Assembly (NCBI RefSeq): GCF_006345805.1 | Contig: NC_043011.1 | Span: forward strand, 6,076,001-6,140,000 | Origin: Octopus sinensis | Taxonomy: Eukaryota | DNA: 64,000 nt | Direction: 5' to 3' | Part shown: piece by piece, positions 13,942 through 25,790 of the stretch | Numbering within the stretch: position 1 is the stretch's first letter | Layout: every line of letters starts with the position of its first letter | Notes under the pieces: model-generated | What the model saw: only the letters and a program-made list of their open reading frames with translations | Told to the model about the DNA's origin: nothing | Databases searched by the model: none | Translations under genes and position numbers: made by a program

Positions 13942-14300
13942 CTGTATCTAGTGAAGACCACAAATGTATTTTAGACTGTGTGGCAACTTAGCAAATGTTT
14001 TCTACTACAGCCTCAGGCTGACCAAAGCCATTTGAGTGGATTTGGTAGACAGAAACTGAAAGAAGTTTATTATGTGTGTATAGTGAGGTTGATTCATAGT
14101 TTAAGGTGTTGCTGCCCCAGCATGGGCTGCAGTCTAATGACTGAAACAAGTAAAAGATAAAAAATTTAAAAGAGTCATAACAAGGAAAGGGTGCGGAGGT
14201 ATGCCAGGAGTAATATTGGTGAGTTTTGAGAAGCAGGGAGTTCTAGAAGGATCTGTTGACGGGGAAATGGTAGTCTTTTAGAAAGCGAGGGAATACTTAC

Positions 14301-14324
14301 ATTTATGAATGGGAGTCTTGTCCG
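14301..14324 (-). CDS. 24-nt micro-exon m6 (xDKTPIHK)
   Basis: Same exon sequence and splice sites as m3. Confidence 0.45.
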
Positions 14325-15264
14325 CTGAAAAATACAAAAAAGTCAAATGAAATGGAATGTCGCCATCATCATCATCAACATCATCATCATTGTTTAACAT
14401 CCCTTTTTGCAGGGTGGCATGGATTGAATAGTTTGCTTGGAACTGAGAGATCAGAGGATGGTGCTGAGCTCCGTTGTCTGCTCCGGCCGGGTTTCTACGG
14501 CTGGATGCCCTTCCTAATACCAACCACTTTACAGCATGATTTCTTTGGTGGGGTGGGGCCAAGAGCAGTAGAGTGTTCACCACTTACTTGCAAGTCAGGT
14601 GGGTGTACTACTGAGGGAGGTTGAAAGTGTAACAGAGCGACAGCAGCAGGTGTGTTTGCTGAAGACATGAATATATGTACATCATATTCATTTGCCATCA
14701 TCATCATTACCAGCATCACCATCACAAGAACTATGACCAACATTAACCAAAGAAGAGGAAGGAGAATTAGTTGGGGTCTTTTTTAAAATCTTTTTGGCAT
14801 TTCAGGAATGTGTAGATGATGTTTGGGTATCTTTAGATCAGAAAAGTATTAACCCCTGCTGTTAGGGGTATAATCTTAATACTTGGTGTAGAATGTTTCT
14901 AAAGATAGCCATGGGGCACTATTAAACCCAGATGATATGATGTGCCAACCATTATTTAATGTTTGTTTTCCATGCTGGCATGAGTTGAATGCTTTGGCAG
15001 GAAATAGCAACTCAGGGGTGGCTTACAGCTGAAAGTCCTTCCTACTGCCAACTACTTTACAGAGTGTACTGGGTGCTTTTTACATGGCACCAGCTGCAGT
15101 TAGGTCCCCAAGCAACTTGCTGGACAAAACCCCTCAATTGGGAGGGAGAGAAAATGCTGTTAAGTATTTTGCCCGGCATACTGACAATTCTGCAACTCAT
15201 TAACTTAAAAATAATAATCATCATCATCATCATCATCGTTTAACGTCCGCTTTCCATGCTTTCC

Positions 15265-15305
<41 letters not shown>

Positions 15306-15854
15306 CACAGATTTCTTCGTCAGTTGTTTGACCTTAACCAGTTGAGCATCTCCCTTAGTCGCTGACGATATATGCATCTCTGATCACGAGCAGAAGTAGT
15401 GGAGGAGCATCATGGCCATGTGTTGAGAGGGATTCTTTGGGGTTTGAATAATTCACCTCTGGAAACATGGGTGTTTTGTTCAACATCCTTAAACAACCCT
15501 TATTCCGGGACCTTTTTAGTGGGATGGGTTACTCAACCAGAAGAAAATTCTGACTAACCCCCACCTGCAAGGTCATGTGCTGTTTATCTTGATATGAGAT
15601 CACCATGTTGCACGTATATGGTTGTGATGCATGTGCCTGGTGTACCCTTATCAGATGGGTAGTCATAATGGTTATACTGGGCTTTGTATATTTTACCCCA
15701 GTGACACTTTGATGGCATGCTCTGCTCGCTCACTCAATAATAATAATAATAATGATGATGAAGATGATGATGATGATGATTAAAGTAACATAAGCAATAA
15801 GGAAATATGTATTTTAAAGGGTTTAAAAACCTGAGGAATGCTTAGAAAGCTTAC

Positions 15855-15930
15855 CTTCAGACTGAAGAATGATTGCTAAGATAAGAAGAAAGGAGATTGG
15901 TGATGCCATGTTATTGCTTGTAAAACTAAT
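15855..15930 (-). CDS. Putative signal-peptide exon S3 (ATG at 15909)
   Basis: Same sequence and splice sites as S4. Confidence 0.5.
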
Positions 15931-16369
15931 CTGTATCTAGTGAAGACCACAAATGTATTTTAGACAATAGGTGTGTGTGTGTGTGTGTGTGTGGTCTTTA
16001 CACTGATGATGCTTCCCAACCACTTGGTTCTGGGTTCAGTCCTACTGTGTGGCACCTTAGCAAATGTTTTCTACTGCAGCCTCAGGCTGACCAAAGCCAT
16101 TTGAGTGGATTTGGTAGGCAGAAACTGAAAGAAGTTTATTATGTGTGTATAGTGAGGTTGATTCATAGTTTAAGGTGTTGCTGCCCCAGCATGGCCTGCA
16201 GTCTAATGACTGAAACAAGTAAAAGATAAAAAATTCAAAAGTGTCATAACAAGGAAAGGGTGCGGATGTATGCCAGGAGTGGTGTTGGTGAGTTTTGAGA
16301 AGCAGGGAATTCTAGAAGGATCTGTTGATGGGGAAATGGTAGTCTTTTAGAAAGCGAGGGAATACTTAC

Positions 16370-16393
16370 ATTTATGAATGGGAGTCTGGTCCG
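16370..16393 (-). CDS. 24-nt micro-exon m7 (xDQTPIHK)
   Basis: ttcag|CGGACCAGACTCCCATTCATAAAT|gtaagt. Confidence 0.45.
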
Positions 16394-17028
16394 CTGAAAA
16401 ATACAAAAAAGTCAAATGAAATGGAATGTCACCATCATCATCATCAACATCATCATCATCATCATCACCACCAACACCATCACCATCATCATTGATAGAG
16501 GTGGAGATATTAGCAGTGGTGATGGTGGTGGTGGTTGTGGTGGTGGTGGTGGTGGTGGTGGTGGTGGTGGTAATTCAACATCTACTTTTACACTACCCCC
16601 TGTGACGTCTTCAGGTCAGGTCTATAATCTAAAGATAATCTCCCCCCACCCTTTCCTACCAACCTCAGAGACCTCCCCTCTACCCCAAAGGAGTCACAGG
16701 TGGTTGCTACCCTTGGACTTCTTACTGAGTCATGAAAACAAAAAATATTTTTAAAAAAGCAAGAAAGTGGTAGAAGCATGTCTAAAGACCTGTCTTTGAG
16801 GCAGCAATAATGTTCCGAATTTGAAAGAATCCTGAAGATTTTTGCAGAAAAAGTACCTTGGGGAATTTCTTATGGATCTTTACATGTTCTGAGTTCAAAT
16901 TTTGCCAAGACCAATTTTGACTTTTATCTTTTCTGTGGTCAAACAAATTACCAGTCAAGTCATGACAGCCAGTCGAAGTGACTAATCTCTCTATCCTAAA
17001 TTGTGGTTTTTGTGCAAAGATTAGGATC

Positions 17029-17060
<32 letters not shown>

Positions 17061-17578
17061 CCTTTCTACTCTTGGCACAAGTCCTGAAATTTTGGGGGAG
17101 GGAGCCAGCTGATTAGATCGGCCTCAGTACACAACTGGTACTTAATTTATTGACTCTGAAAGGGTGAAAGGCAAAGTTGACTTCGGCAGAATTTGAACTC
17201 AGAATGTAAAAACGTGGATGCTTCCCAACCACTTGGTTCTGGGTTCAGTCCCGCTGTGTGGCACCTTAGGAAGTATTTTCTACTACAGCCTCAAGCTGAC
17301 CAAAATCATTTGAGTGGATTTGGTAGACAGAAACTGAGAGATGTTTGTTATGTGAGTAAAGTGGGATTGATTCGTAGCTGAAGATGTTGCTGCTCCAGCA
17401 TGGGCTGCAGTCTAATGACTGAAACAAGTAAAAGATAAAAAATTAAAAAGAGTCATAACAAGGAAAGGGTGTGGAGGCATGCCAGGAGTGGTGTTGGTGA
17501 GTTTTGAGAAGCAGGGAATTCTAGAAGGATCTGTTGACGGGGAAATGGTAGTCTTTTAGAAAGCGAGGGAATACTTAC

Positions 17579-17602
17579 ATTTATGAATGGGAGTCTTGTC
17601 CG
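17579..17602 (-). CDS. 24-nt micro-exon m8 (xDKTPIHK)
   Basis: Same exon sequence and splice sites as m3. Confidence 0.45.
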
Positions 17603-18170
17603 CTGAAAAATACAAAAAGTCAAATGAAATAAACCTTGTATGATTACCATTTCTTGTTTGTGCGTTTGATAAATATTTTCCGGAATGTTCCTGAAGTTAA
17701 TGTGTAGCATCAGCTTTGTACTCATCAAGCACAACCATACTACAAAGAATTTTGAAATGAATCTAATTTCTCTCTATTTTCACTGACACATCTTTTCCTG
17801 CAACTAATTACATCATCATCATCATCTGGCAGGAAGGTAATAGTATTGTGATCAGGCATAGCTGTGTGGTAAGAAGCTTGCTTCCCAACCACTTGGTTCT
17901 GGGCTCAGTCCCACTGCGTGGCACCTTCAGCAAGTGTTTTCTACTGCAGCCTCAGGCTGACCAAAGCCATGTGAGTGGATTTCGTAGACAGAAACTGACA
18001 GAAGCCTGTTGCATGTGTATGTGTGTTTGTCCCCCAAGATCATTTGACAACTGGCATTGGTGTGTGTACCTCCCCAGGAGTAATATTGGTGAGTTTTGAG
18101 AAGCAGGAAGTTCTAGAAGGATCTGTTGATGGGGAAATGGTACTCTTTTAGAAAGCGAGGGAATACTTAC

Positions 18171-18194
18171 ATTTATGAATGGGAGTCTTGTCCG
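18171..18194 (-). CDS. 24-nt micro-exon m9 (xDKTPIHK), first exon downstream of S4
   Basis: tttttgtatttttcag|CGGACAAG...AAAT|gtaagt; phase-compatible with S4. Confidence 0.5.
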
Positions 18195-18810
18195 CTGAAA
18201 AATACAAAAAAGAATCATCATCTATTTCTTTACTACCCACAAGGGGCTAAACACAGAGAGGACAAACAAGGACAGACTAAGGGATTAAGTCAATTACATC
18301 GACCCCTATGCGTAACTGGCACTTTATTTATCGACCCCGAAAGGATTAAAGGCAAAGTCGACCTCGGCGGAATTTGAAATTACAACGTAACGACAGACGA
18401 AATACGGCTACGCATTTTGCCCGGCGTGCTAACGTTTCTGTCAGCTCGACGCTTATCATCATCATCATCATCGTTTAACATCCCTTTTTCCATGAGGACA
18501 GTGCTGAGCTCCATTGTCTGCTCAAAGCAGAATTTCAACAGAGGAAATGCATTTTACCTGGTCTGTTAATGGTTCTGCCAGCTTGCTGCCTTACCAAATA
18601 AAAATAATAATAATAAATAGTTTCAAATTTTGGCGCAAGGCAAACGCATTTGGGGGAGGGGAAGAGTCGAATACATTGACCCCGGTACTCAACTGATATT
18701 TATTTTATCAATCCCAAAAGGATGAAAGAGTAAAGTCAACCTCAGAGGGATTTGAGCTCAGAATGTAAAGATAGACGAAATGCCATTAAGCAGTTTGCCT
18801 AGCATGCTAA

Positions 18811-18899
<89 letters not shown>

Positions 18900-18974
18900 T
18901 TACAGTAATATAAGCATTAACGAAATATGTATTTTAAAGCATTTAAGAACCTGAGGAATGCTTAGAAAGCTTAC

Positions 18975-19050
18975 CTTCAGACTGAAGAATGATTGCTAAG
19001 ATAAGAAGAAAGGAGATTGGTGATGCCATGTTATTGCTTGTAAAACTAAT
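18975..19050 (-). CDS. Putative signal-peptide exon S4 (ATG at 19029; MASPISFLLILAIILQSE + phase 1)
   Basis: gatacag|ATTAG...CTGAAG|gtaagc; 55 coding nt giving a hydrophobic core and a phase-1 end, typical of secreted-protein first coding exons. Rightmost copy. Confidence 0.6.
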
Positions 19051-19218
19051 CTGTATCTAGTGAAGACCACAAATGTATTTTAGACAATAGGTGTGTGTGT
19101 GCGTGTAAGTGTGTGCGTGTGGTCTTTACATTGATTATGGTGGGAATATCCCACTGTGCACACAGTAATTTAATACATTACAAAGAAATACATGCAGATA
19201 TATACATATGTACATATA

Positions 19219-19915
19219 TACAGTACCATGCAAAACTCTTTGGCCACTTTAAACTATTGTAAATTTCTACTAATTGTCAACTTATAGCAACTTATAAATG
19301 GATGTTTTGCATTGCGTTTTTTGCAGATGAAACATTGGCCCTTTTGGGGTCATTTCCATACCTAATCATTATATTTTGTAATAGGAGTTATTTCGTTTTC
19401 CTGAAGGCCTTCTGACAAATTCTCACTTATTAGAAAGTGAAATGACCCATGTTACATGACAAGAATATTGAAGTTTGGGAGTAGGAGTCTGATGTTTTGG
19501 GGATACATAAAAAGTGATGGTTCAAGAAAGTCCTTTAAAATTGATGGTAACTTGAATCGTGCCAAATACATCCAGTTCTTGAAGGACAATTTAATACCAG
19601 TTGAGATTTTTCAGCATGGCCAAGTTCTATGCCACAGATCGCATGCAACGCACAGAGTCTGGTTGATGAAGGCATTACCCTATTGAAAGATTGACCAGCT
19701 CAGAGCCCTGACTTAAATATCATCGAGTGAATGTGAGCAGAACTAAAGAGAAGAGTTCGTCAGAAGACTCCATGCAATCTTGAAGAGTTGAGGGAGCTCA
19801 GCCACAGAGAATGGCATCTCATACCTGTGAAGATGGTGAAGGATTTGTATGCATCTCTTTCCAGGCGGATTGAAGCAATTATTTAAGCTAAGGGAAGCCA
19901 CACAAAATATCAACA
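19219..19915 (+). mobile_element. Tc1-family transposon remnant with internal deletion
   Basis: TA-cagtaccatgcaaaactctttggccac TIR-like start; SLMFWGYI...DGNLN..KY; D*PAQSPDLNIIE (DD34E motif); GSHTKY end. Confidence 0.8.
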
Positions 19916-20535
19916 ATGTACAATAACTTCTTGAACATTACTCTTTACTCTTTTACTTGTTTCAGTCATTTGACTGTGGCCATGCTGGAGCACCGCCTTT
20001 AGTCGAGCAAATCGACCCTGGGACTTATTCTTTGTAAGCCCAGTACTTATTCTATCGGTCTCTTTTGCCGAACCGCTTAGTGACGGGGACGTAAACACAC
20101 CAGCATCAGTTGTCAGGCAATGTGAGGGGGACAAACACAGACACACAAACACACACACATATATACGACAGGCTTCCTTCAGTTTCCGTCTACCAAATCC
20201 ACTCACAAGGCATTGGTCGGCCCGGAACTATAGCAGAAGACACTTGCCCAAGATGCCACGCAGTGGGGCTGAACCCGGAACCATGTGGTTGGTTAGCAAG
20301 CTACTTACCACACAGCCACTCCTGCGTCTATATATACATATATACTGGGATAAGCACATAAATGTGAAACAAGATGGAAAAAATAGTACCTGAATACCAG
20401 AGGTAGAGTAATATGCTTTATTTAAAAGCAGCAGAAATATCATGAAAACTGTTGCCATTCGTTGGTCTGAGTAACAGATTTTGTGATATTTCTGCTGCTT
20501 TTAATAAAGTATATACATATACATACATACGTACA

Positions 20536-20571
<36 letters not shown>

Positions 20572-20603
20572 TATAATATAATATGTATATATGCACACAC
20601 ACT

Positions 20604-20647
<44 letters not shown>

Positions 20648-20649
20648 TA

Positions 20650-21400
20650 AGCTAATTGCTCCTTCTCATCAGAAGAGTACCATCTCTTCATTGCGCATTG
20701 CATGATCATGTATGTTGCACAGATGGCTGTTCACCCTCAGCTTTCATTCTGCAGAAACATTCACAGATGCGACGCTTCCTTTTTCCAGTATTGCAACCAT
20801 CTCACATGCAGCCAAAATTTCTCCTCGGCTCCTATGACTATAGATAGCTGACAAACCTGGTGAGTGCAACATCATTGCCATTAAACCAGTCTTCATGTTT
20901 TGTCTTCTTAAGACCAAGTTCATCAACCTTGGCATCATAAACTTGGATTTTGAATTGTTTCTAAGTTCCCCCAAAGACAAGATTGTCAAGTGTACTATGA
21001 AGAGCATTTTGCATTTCAAAATTTTGCAGTTTGGAAGCATCAATACATTTTATAACTTTGACCCCCTGCTGCCCTCAATTTTCTCTGATCTACATTTTCA
21101 TATAGTTTGTGGTCTGTATCACATTTTACGTTACACATTACTCTTATGGAAATCTTGGAGCTCCTGCTTTCAGCTGATGAAATAATCCAAGATGTGTCCA
21201 TATTTAGATCTTAGTTGTATCCAAGTTGCCTTGTGGATATCCTTCCATGAGAAGAATGTATTGTGCATGGCTAACTCAAACTCAGTTCTTAGTTACAAAA
21301 GAAGTCCCAAGGCACTCCAAATGCTGTGGACCTTTTGCACATGCGCATTGAAATCTCTAAGCAGCAAGGTCTTATCTGCATGCAGAATCAATATTATACA
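20650..21400 (-). mobile_element. Degenerate APE-endonuclease region of an RTE-like LINE
   Basis: Hand translation gives LRDFNAHV, TEFELAMHNTFFSWKDIHKATW...HILDY and CDTDHKL, broken by stops. Confidence 0.75.
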
Positions 21401-21476
21401 CCCTTGTCAATCTTGATAAATAGCCATACTTGAATCCTCGTTATTATCCAGAGTAGGGGATTATTATCCAGAGTAG

Positions 21477-21616
21477 TTTCCACAGAACTACCGTAATGGA
21501 AGGTTTGAAGAGGTAAACAACCAAATACTTGTCAATGAAGCCATCTTCTTAGAATTGCATTTCTATTTAACCCAGATTCAGCTGACCTATTATCAAGGAG
21601 ATTCCAGATGTGGCTC
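21477..21616. repeat. 140-bp dispersed duplicate of 24968-25107 (2 mismatches)
   Basis: Direct comparison of the two copies. Confidence 0.9.
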
Positions 21617-22318
21617 TCCTGTTTTTTTACTCAGATGTATCTACATATTTTCCAATGTAACTCTCTTTTCCTCAAAGTACTTTTATATTTTCTAACATGG
21701 TAAATTGTTATTTGATGAAAATTTGGCTGCCATTTCTAGCAGATCAAGTAATGGTAGATGTTCCTTCGTTAGAGACAAGGTTTCAATACCTGACCAAGAC
21801 ATACTTTATTCTTCTAGTTGTTTCTGTCATTTGACTGCAGCCATGCTGGAGCACTGCCTTGAAGGGTTTTAGTCGAATAAATCAACCCCAGGACTTATTT
21901 TAAAGCCTACTGCCCCACTGAAATAACAATCATGAAACGTCCCCTGGACAGAAGAACCCTTAGATGCTTAATGTGTTTTGCCAAAACCCCTTAGTTGCTG
22001 CAGCCACCTGGTGACTCTTGTCTTTCATGTAAAACTTATTCTTTCATTTCTTGTCTTTCCATTTGGTTTCCCTTTCCTGAAGAACATGTAGCCAGCACCC
22101 TTCTCTTATACATGCCCTTCATCAATATGTACTCTCACGAGTTCCTCTGCTCTTTGTTGGGTTTTCTTTTTGGGTGTCCAATAATCACCCACCTCTCCAA
22201 GCAAGCTTGTGTGGGTTGCTGGTTTAGTTGCTGGTTACCTGACCATGCAACAGATTGTACTGGGTTACATGTTAAGCAGGGTGTGTGTATGTGTTTGTGT
22301 GTATGTGTTTGTGTGTGT

Positions 22319-22365
<47 letters not shown>

Positions 22366-23029
22366 CTTTGTCCTGTGGCCACATGATTGCTTGTAAATGA
22401 TTGTCCTCATCATACAAGCAATGTTGTTTATTTCCAGTCTTCTGTGAAAAACCTGTTTGGCCATGAGGAATAAAAATATTAGCTTACTGGAAAACAGGTG
22501 AGGGTTAGTGTCAGGAAAGACATCTAGCCATAGAAAATCTGCCTCAACAAATGTGTATATTTATATATACACATTTTGTCTATGTGTGTGTATAAAGTGT
22601 GTATATGAATATGAATACACGAAACAGTTGGTTTCCTGGATTCTTTGCCAGAAATTAAAACCTTAACCTAGATTTTTTCTCATTTTTCTTGTTATTCATT
22701 ATTGAAAATTTGCAAGAGTCCACTGTCGTACTCTGCTCAACTTAAATGAACCCTATTCTTTTTACTCAACATCTTAGGTAAAATTTAGTTCAACACAAAT
22801 CAATGCATTCCTCTTCTTTGTTCTCCCAACCAACTTTCGGCTTTTGAACATGTATAAATACAGAACCCAAACGAAATTCTTTCCCTCTTTCAACTGGCAC
22901 TTTGCTGGAGGAACAGGATTCTCTCTTTTGCGTGACATATTTGCAGAATTGGCATGCCTCTTTCTTTTTTTGCCTAGTGGTACTTGGCTGTTGTTCTTAG
23001 CAGCCGTATCTCTTTGAATATTTACAGAC

Positions 23030-23500
23030 AGTTTTACTCCAAATGGAATTTGTTCTTCCTCCTTTTCTGCATACAGAATTAAACAGGAAGGGGATGACAA
23101 CTGAGCCCTGATGTACCACTACCTGCATGCTCAATTTTGTCATTCAAAGTGTTTTCAACACTTGCATTTAACATCTGTACAGACCTTCTTGAACCATAAA
23201 ACTGCTCCTTCATTTTTTTCAGCAACTACCAGACTTCAGAGCATAGAAACCTTGTCGAATATGTTTTTCCAAGCAGATGAATGCTTGGCATGGAGCATTA
23301 TTCCTGGGGAAAGTACTTCTCTTGTAGTTATCTCTCTCGAAGGTGGACACAAGTAGTGTTTATTCTGTGCGTCACTTGAGCTAATTCTCTTCCTGATCTC
23401 TTGAGCTGAAACTTTTTCAGAAGCTTTCATAACTTGGTCCATCAATTTGGTGCATCTGAAATTTCCTCTCTCCTGTACACCTTCTTTACCACGGAGTAGT
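23030..23500 (-). mobile_element. Degenerate RT region of an RTE-like LINE
   Basis: ERGNFRCTKLMDQVMK, FICLEK..DKV and VVVHQGSV..PFLFN across frameshifts. Confidence 0.7.
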
Positions 23501-24243
23501 CCACAGTGATGGTGCTTCACCAGTCATTAAATAATGGTATCTCGTTGATACAACAAGTGACCTACCTTACCAGACGTTTCTGACATTCTTTGCCTTTCGC
23601 AGTCCCACTAGGGCCATCACCTTGAAGAATTTTTAGTCGAATGAATCGATCCCAGTACTTATTTTTTAAGCCTGGTACTTATTCTATCACTCTCTTTTGC
23701 TGAACTGTTAAGTTATCAGGGCATAAATGTTCCAACACTAGTTGTCAAGCAGTGGTGAAGGACAAACACAGACATACACACACACGTATATACGATGGGC
23801 TTCTTTCAGTTTCTGTCTACCAAATCCACTCAAAAAGTTTTGGTCAGCCTGGGGCTATAGTAGAATACACTTGCCTAAGGTGCCACACAGTGGGACTGAA
23901 CCTATAATCTTGTCGTTGGAAAGCAAACTTCTAAGCACACAGCCACATCTAACCAAATATTCCTGACAACCCAGCTGCTCCCCTTGTCTTCCTCTTTCTG
24001 CTTTTGATTGTATTGATATCGATTTCACTGGTTCGTCCTTTTGTTGGGTCGACTTGGGCAACCTGATTCTGCCCCACCCCCATGCATTCTCCTCTCTTAA
24101 TAACATTTCCATGTCCTTTTCTTTTTCGGCATCAGTAAGGATTGCTGCCATCATTCCGAACAGACATCTCTCCAATAATGTCTTGATATTTTATTTACAT
24201 TATTTACATTTGACAGATATTTGTCCTCATCTTGTTTGTTGTT

Positions 24244-24289
24244 AACACAATGTTTCGGCTGATATACCCTCCAGCCTTCATCAGGTGTC
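24244..24289 (-). ncRNA. Minimal type-I hammerhead ribozyme-like motif (stem III mutated)
   Basis: GACAC-CUGAUGA-A-GGCUG(10-nt loop)CAGCC-GAA-ACAU-U-GUGUU; stem I and stem II pair. Confidence 0.55.
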
Positions 24290-24334
24290 TTGGGGAAATT
24301 TTGAACCTGTGTTCTCATTCCTAAGGTATTTTTC

Positions 24335-24370
<36 letters not shown>

Positions 24371-24373
<3 letters not shown>

Positions 24374-24843
24374 TAGTTTTATTTTTATAGCGTGCTTTCA
24401 CTTCACTACCGAGTGCAGCTCTGTGTGCCTTGGGTATGTGCTGTGGTTTGTTGTGATGCTCTGATGGTTATTGTATGGAAAGTGCTCTGCGTAGGATGTG
24501 TGCAGTACCTAGTAGTGCAATTTTCTCTATGCTGTATATACTTGTAAGTCCTGGTGTTTTTGTTGTGTATTTGTCTGAATATTTTTTTATCATACCTAAT
24601 GTGCCTACTATGATAGGAATTGTTTCTGTTTTTAGATTCCACATTCGAGTTACCTCTATTTCCAGGTCTTTGTATTTTGAAAGTTTCTCCATTTCTTTTA
24701 GAGACATGTTGTCATCTGCTGGTATTGATACATCAATTAGAAAGCATTTTTTTCTTCATGATCTCTGACAACTATGTCTGGCCTATTGGCCTTAATTTTT
24801 CTGTGTGAATTGGCATATCGCAAAGTATGGTTGCTTTCTCGTT
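24371..24843 (-). mobile_element. 5'-truncated 3' end of the same R4/Dong family as 3906-7844
   Basis: Closely matches ~7384-7843 and keeps the true terminus (cgctataaaaataaaactactg); (ATT)n on both sides. Confidence 0.92.
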
Positions 24844-25560
24844 ATTATTATTATTATTACTATTATTATTATGCGGGTCACTGCCTGGAATCAAACTCAG
24901 AATCTTGGGGTTAGTAGCCCATGCTCTTAACCACTACACCATATGCATGTCTTGATATTGTTTTGAATTTCCACAGAACTACCGTAATGGAAGGTTTGAA
25001 GAGGTAAACAACCAAATACTTGTCAATGAAGCCATCTTCTTAGAATTACATTTCTATTTAACCCAGATTCAGCTGGCCTATTATCAAGGAGATTCCAGAT
25101 GTGGCTCATACATATAAAAACATACACACACACACACACACATGTAATAGTTGCAAACAGTGAGAATGTGTACTCAACACCACATTTGGCGGATAAATAT
25201 ATTCTTTATTTATCAATTTACCATGCTACCATTGGTTTCATGCGGTATCACAATTATGAAGCATTCCACTTAGAAATGTTGTTAGTCTGTCTCTGTTTTG
25301 GATAAAGCTTAACCAAAAAAATAGAGATGAATTACCAACATTTTTAAGTGTTGTAATGCTTGAATAATTGTGCTGTTACTGCATGAAATCAATGGTAGCT
25401 TTGTAAATCCTACAAATAAAGAATATATGCACCTATAACTAGAGCATGCAAAGTGAAGGTGGTACAAGGATTGAAAAGCAGTGAAGGTGGTGGAAGAGGT
25501 GGGAAAAAGGAAGAAAGGAAAGAGTTGGGAAGATATTGAGGAGTCATAACAAAGGATTAT

Positions 25561-25790
25561 GTTAGTTAGTTAGTTAGTTAATTGTTTGGCTCAAAAAGCA
25601 AAAAGCAAGGCTATGTAGGGGGGACATTGAGTTATGCACAGGGAGAGTGTTCATGCAAAGAGTTCAGGCCATTTGTGGTCAAGGGAGACTTTGAACCGAG
25701 CGGTCGTCGGCATCTTCACTATCTCGTCCGGCAGCTTATTCCACGGATCCGCAACCCAGACGGAGAAAGTCCCTCTCCTTCGAGAGCAGA
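25561..25790 (-). mobile_element. CR1/L2-type LINE 3' end with (AACT)n tail
   Basis: RRGTFSVWVADPWNKLPDEIVKMPTTARFKVSLD is a typical CR1-group C-terminus; tail at 25561-80. Confidence 0.7.
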
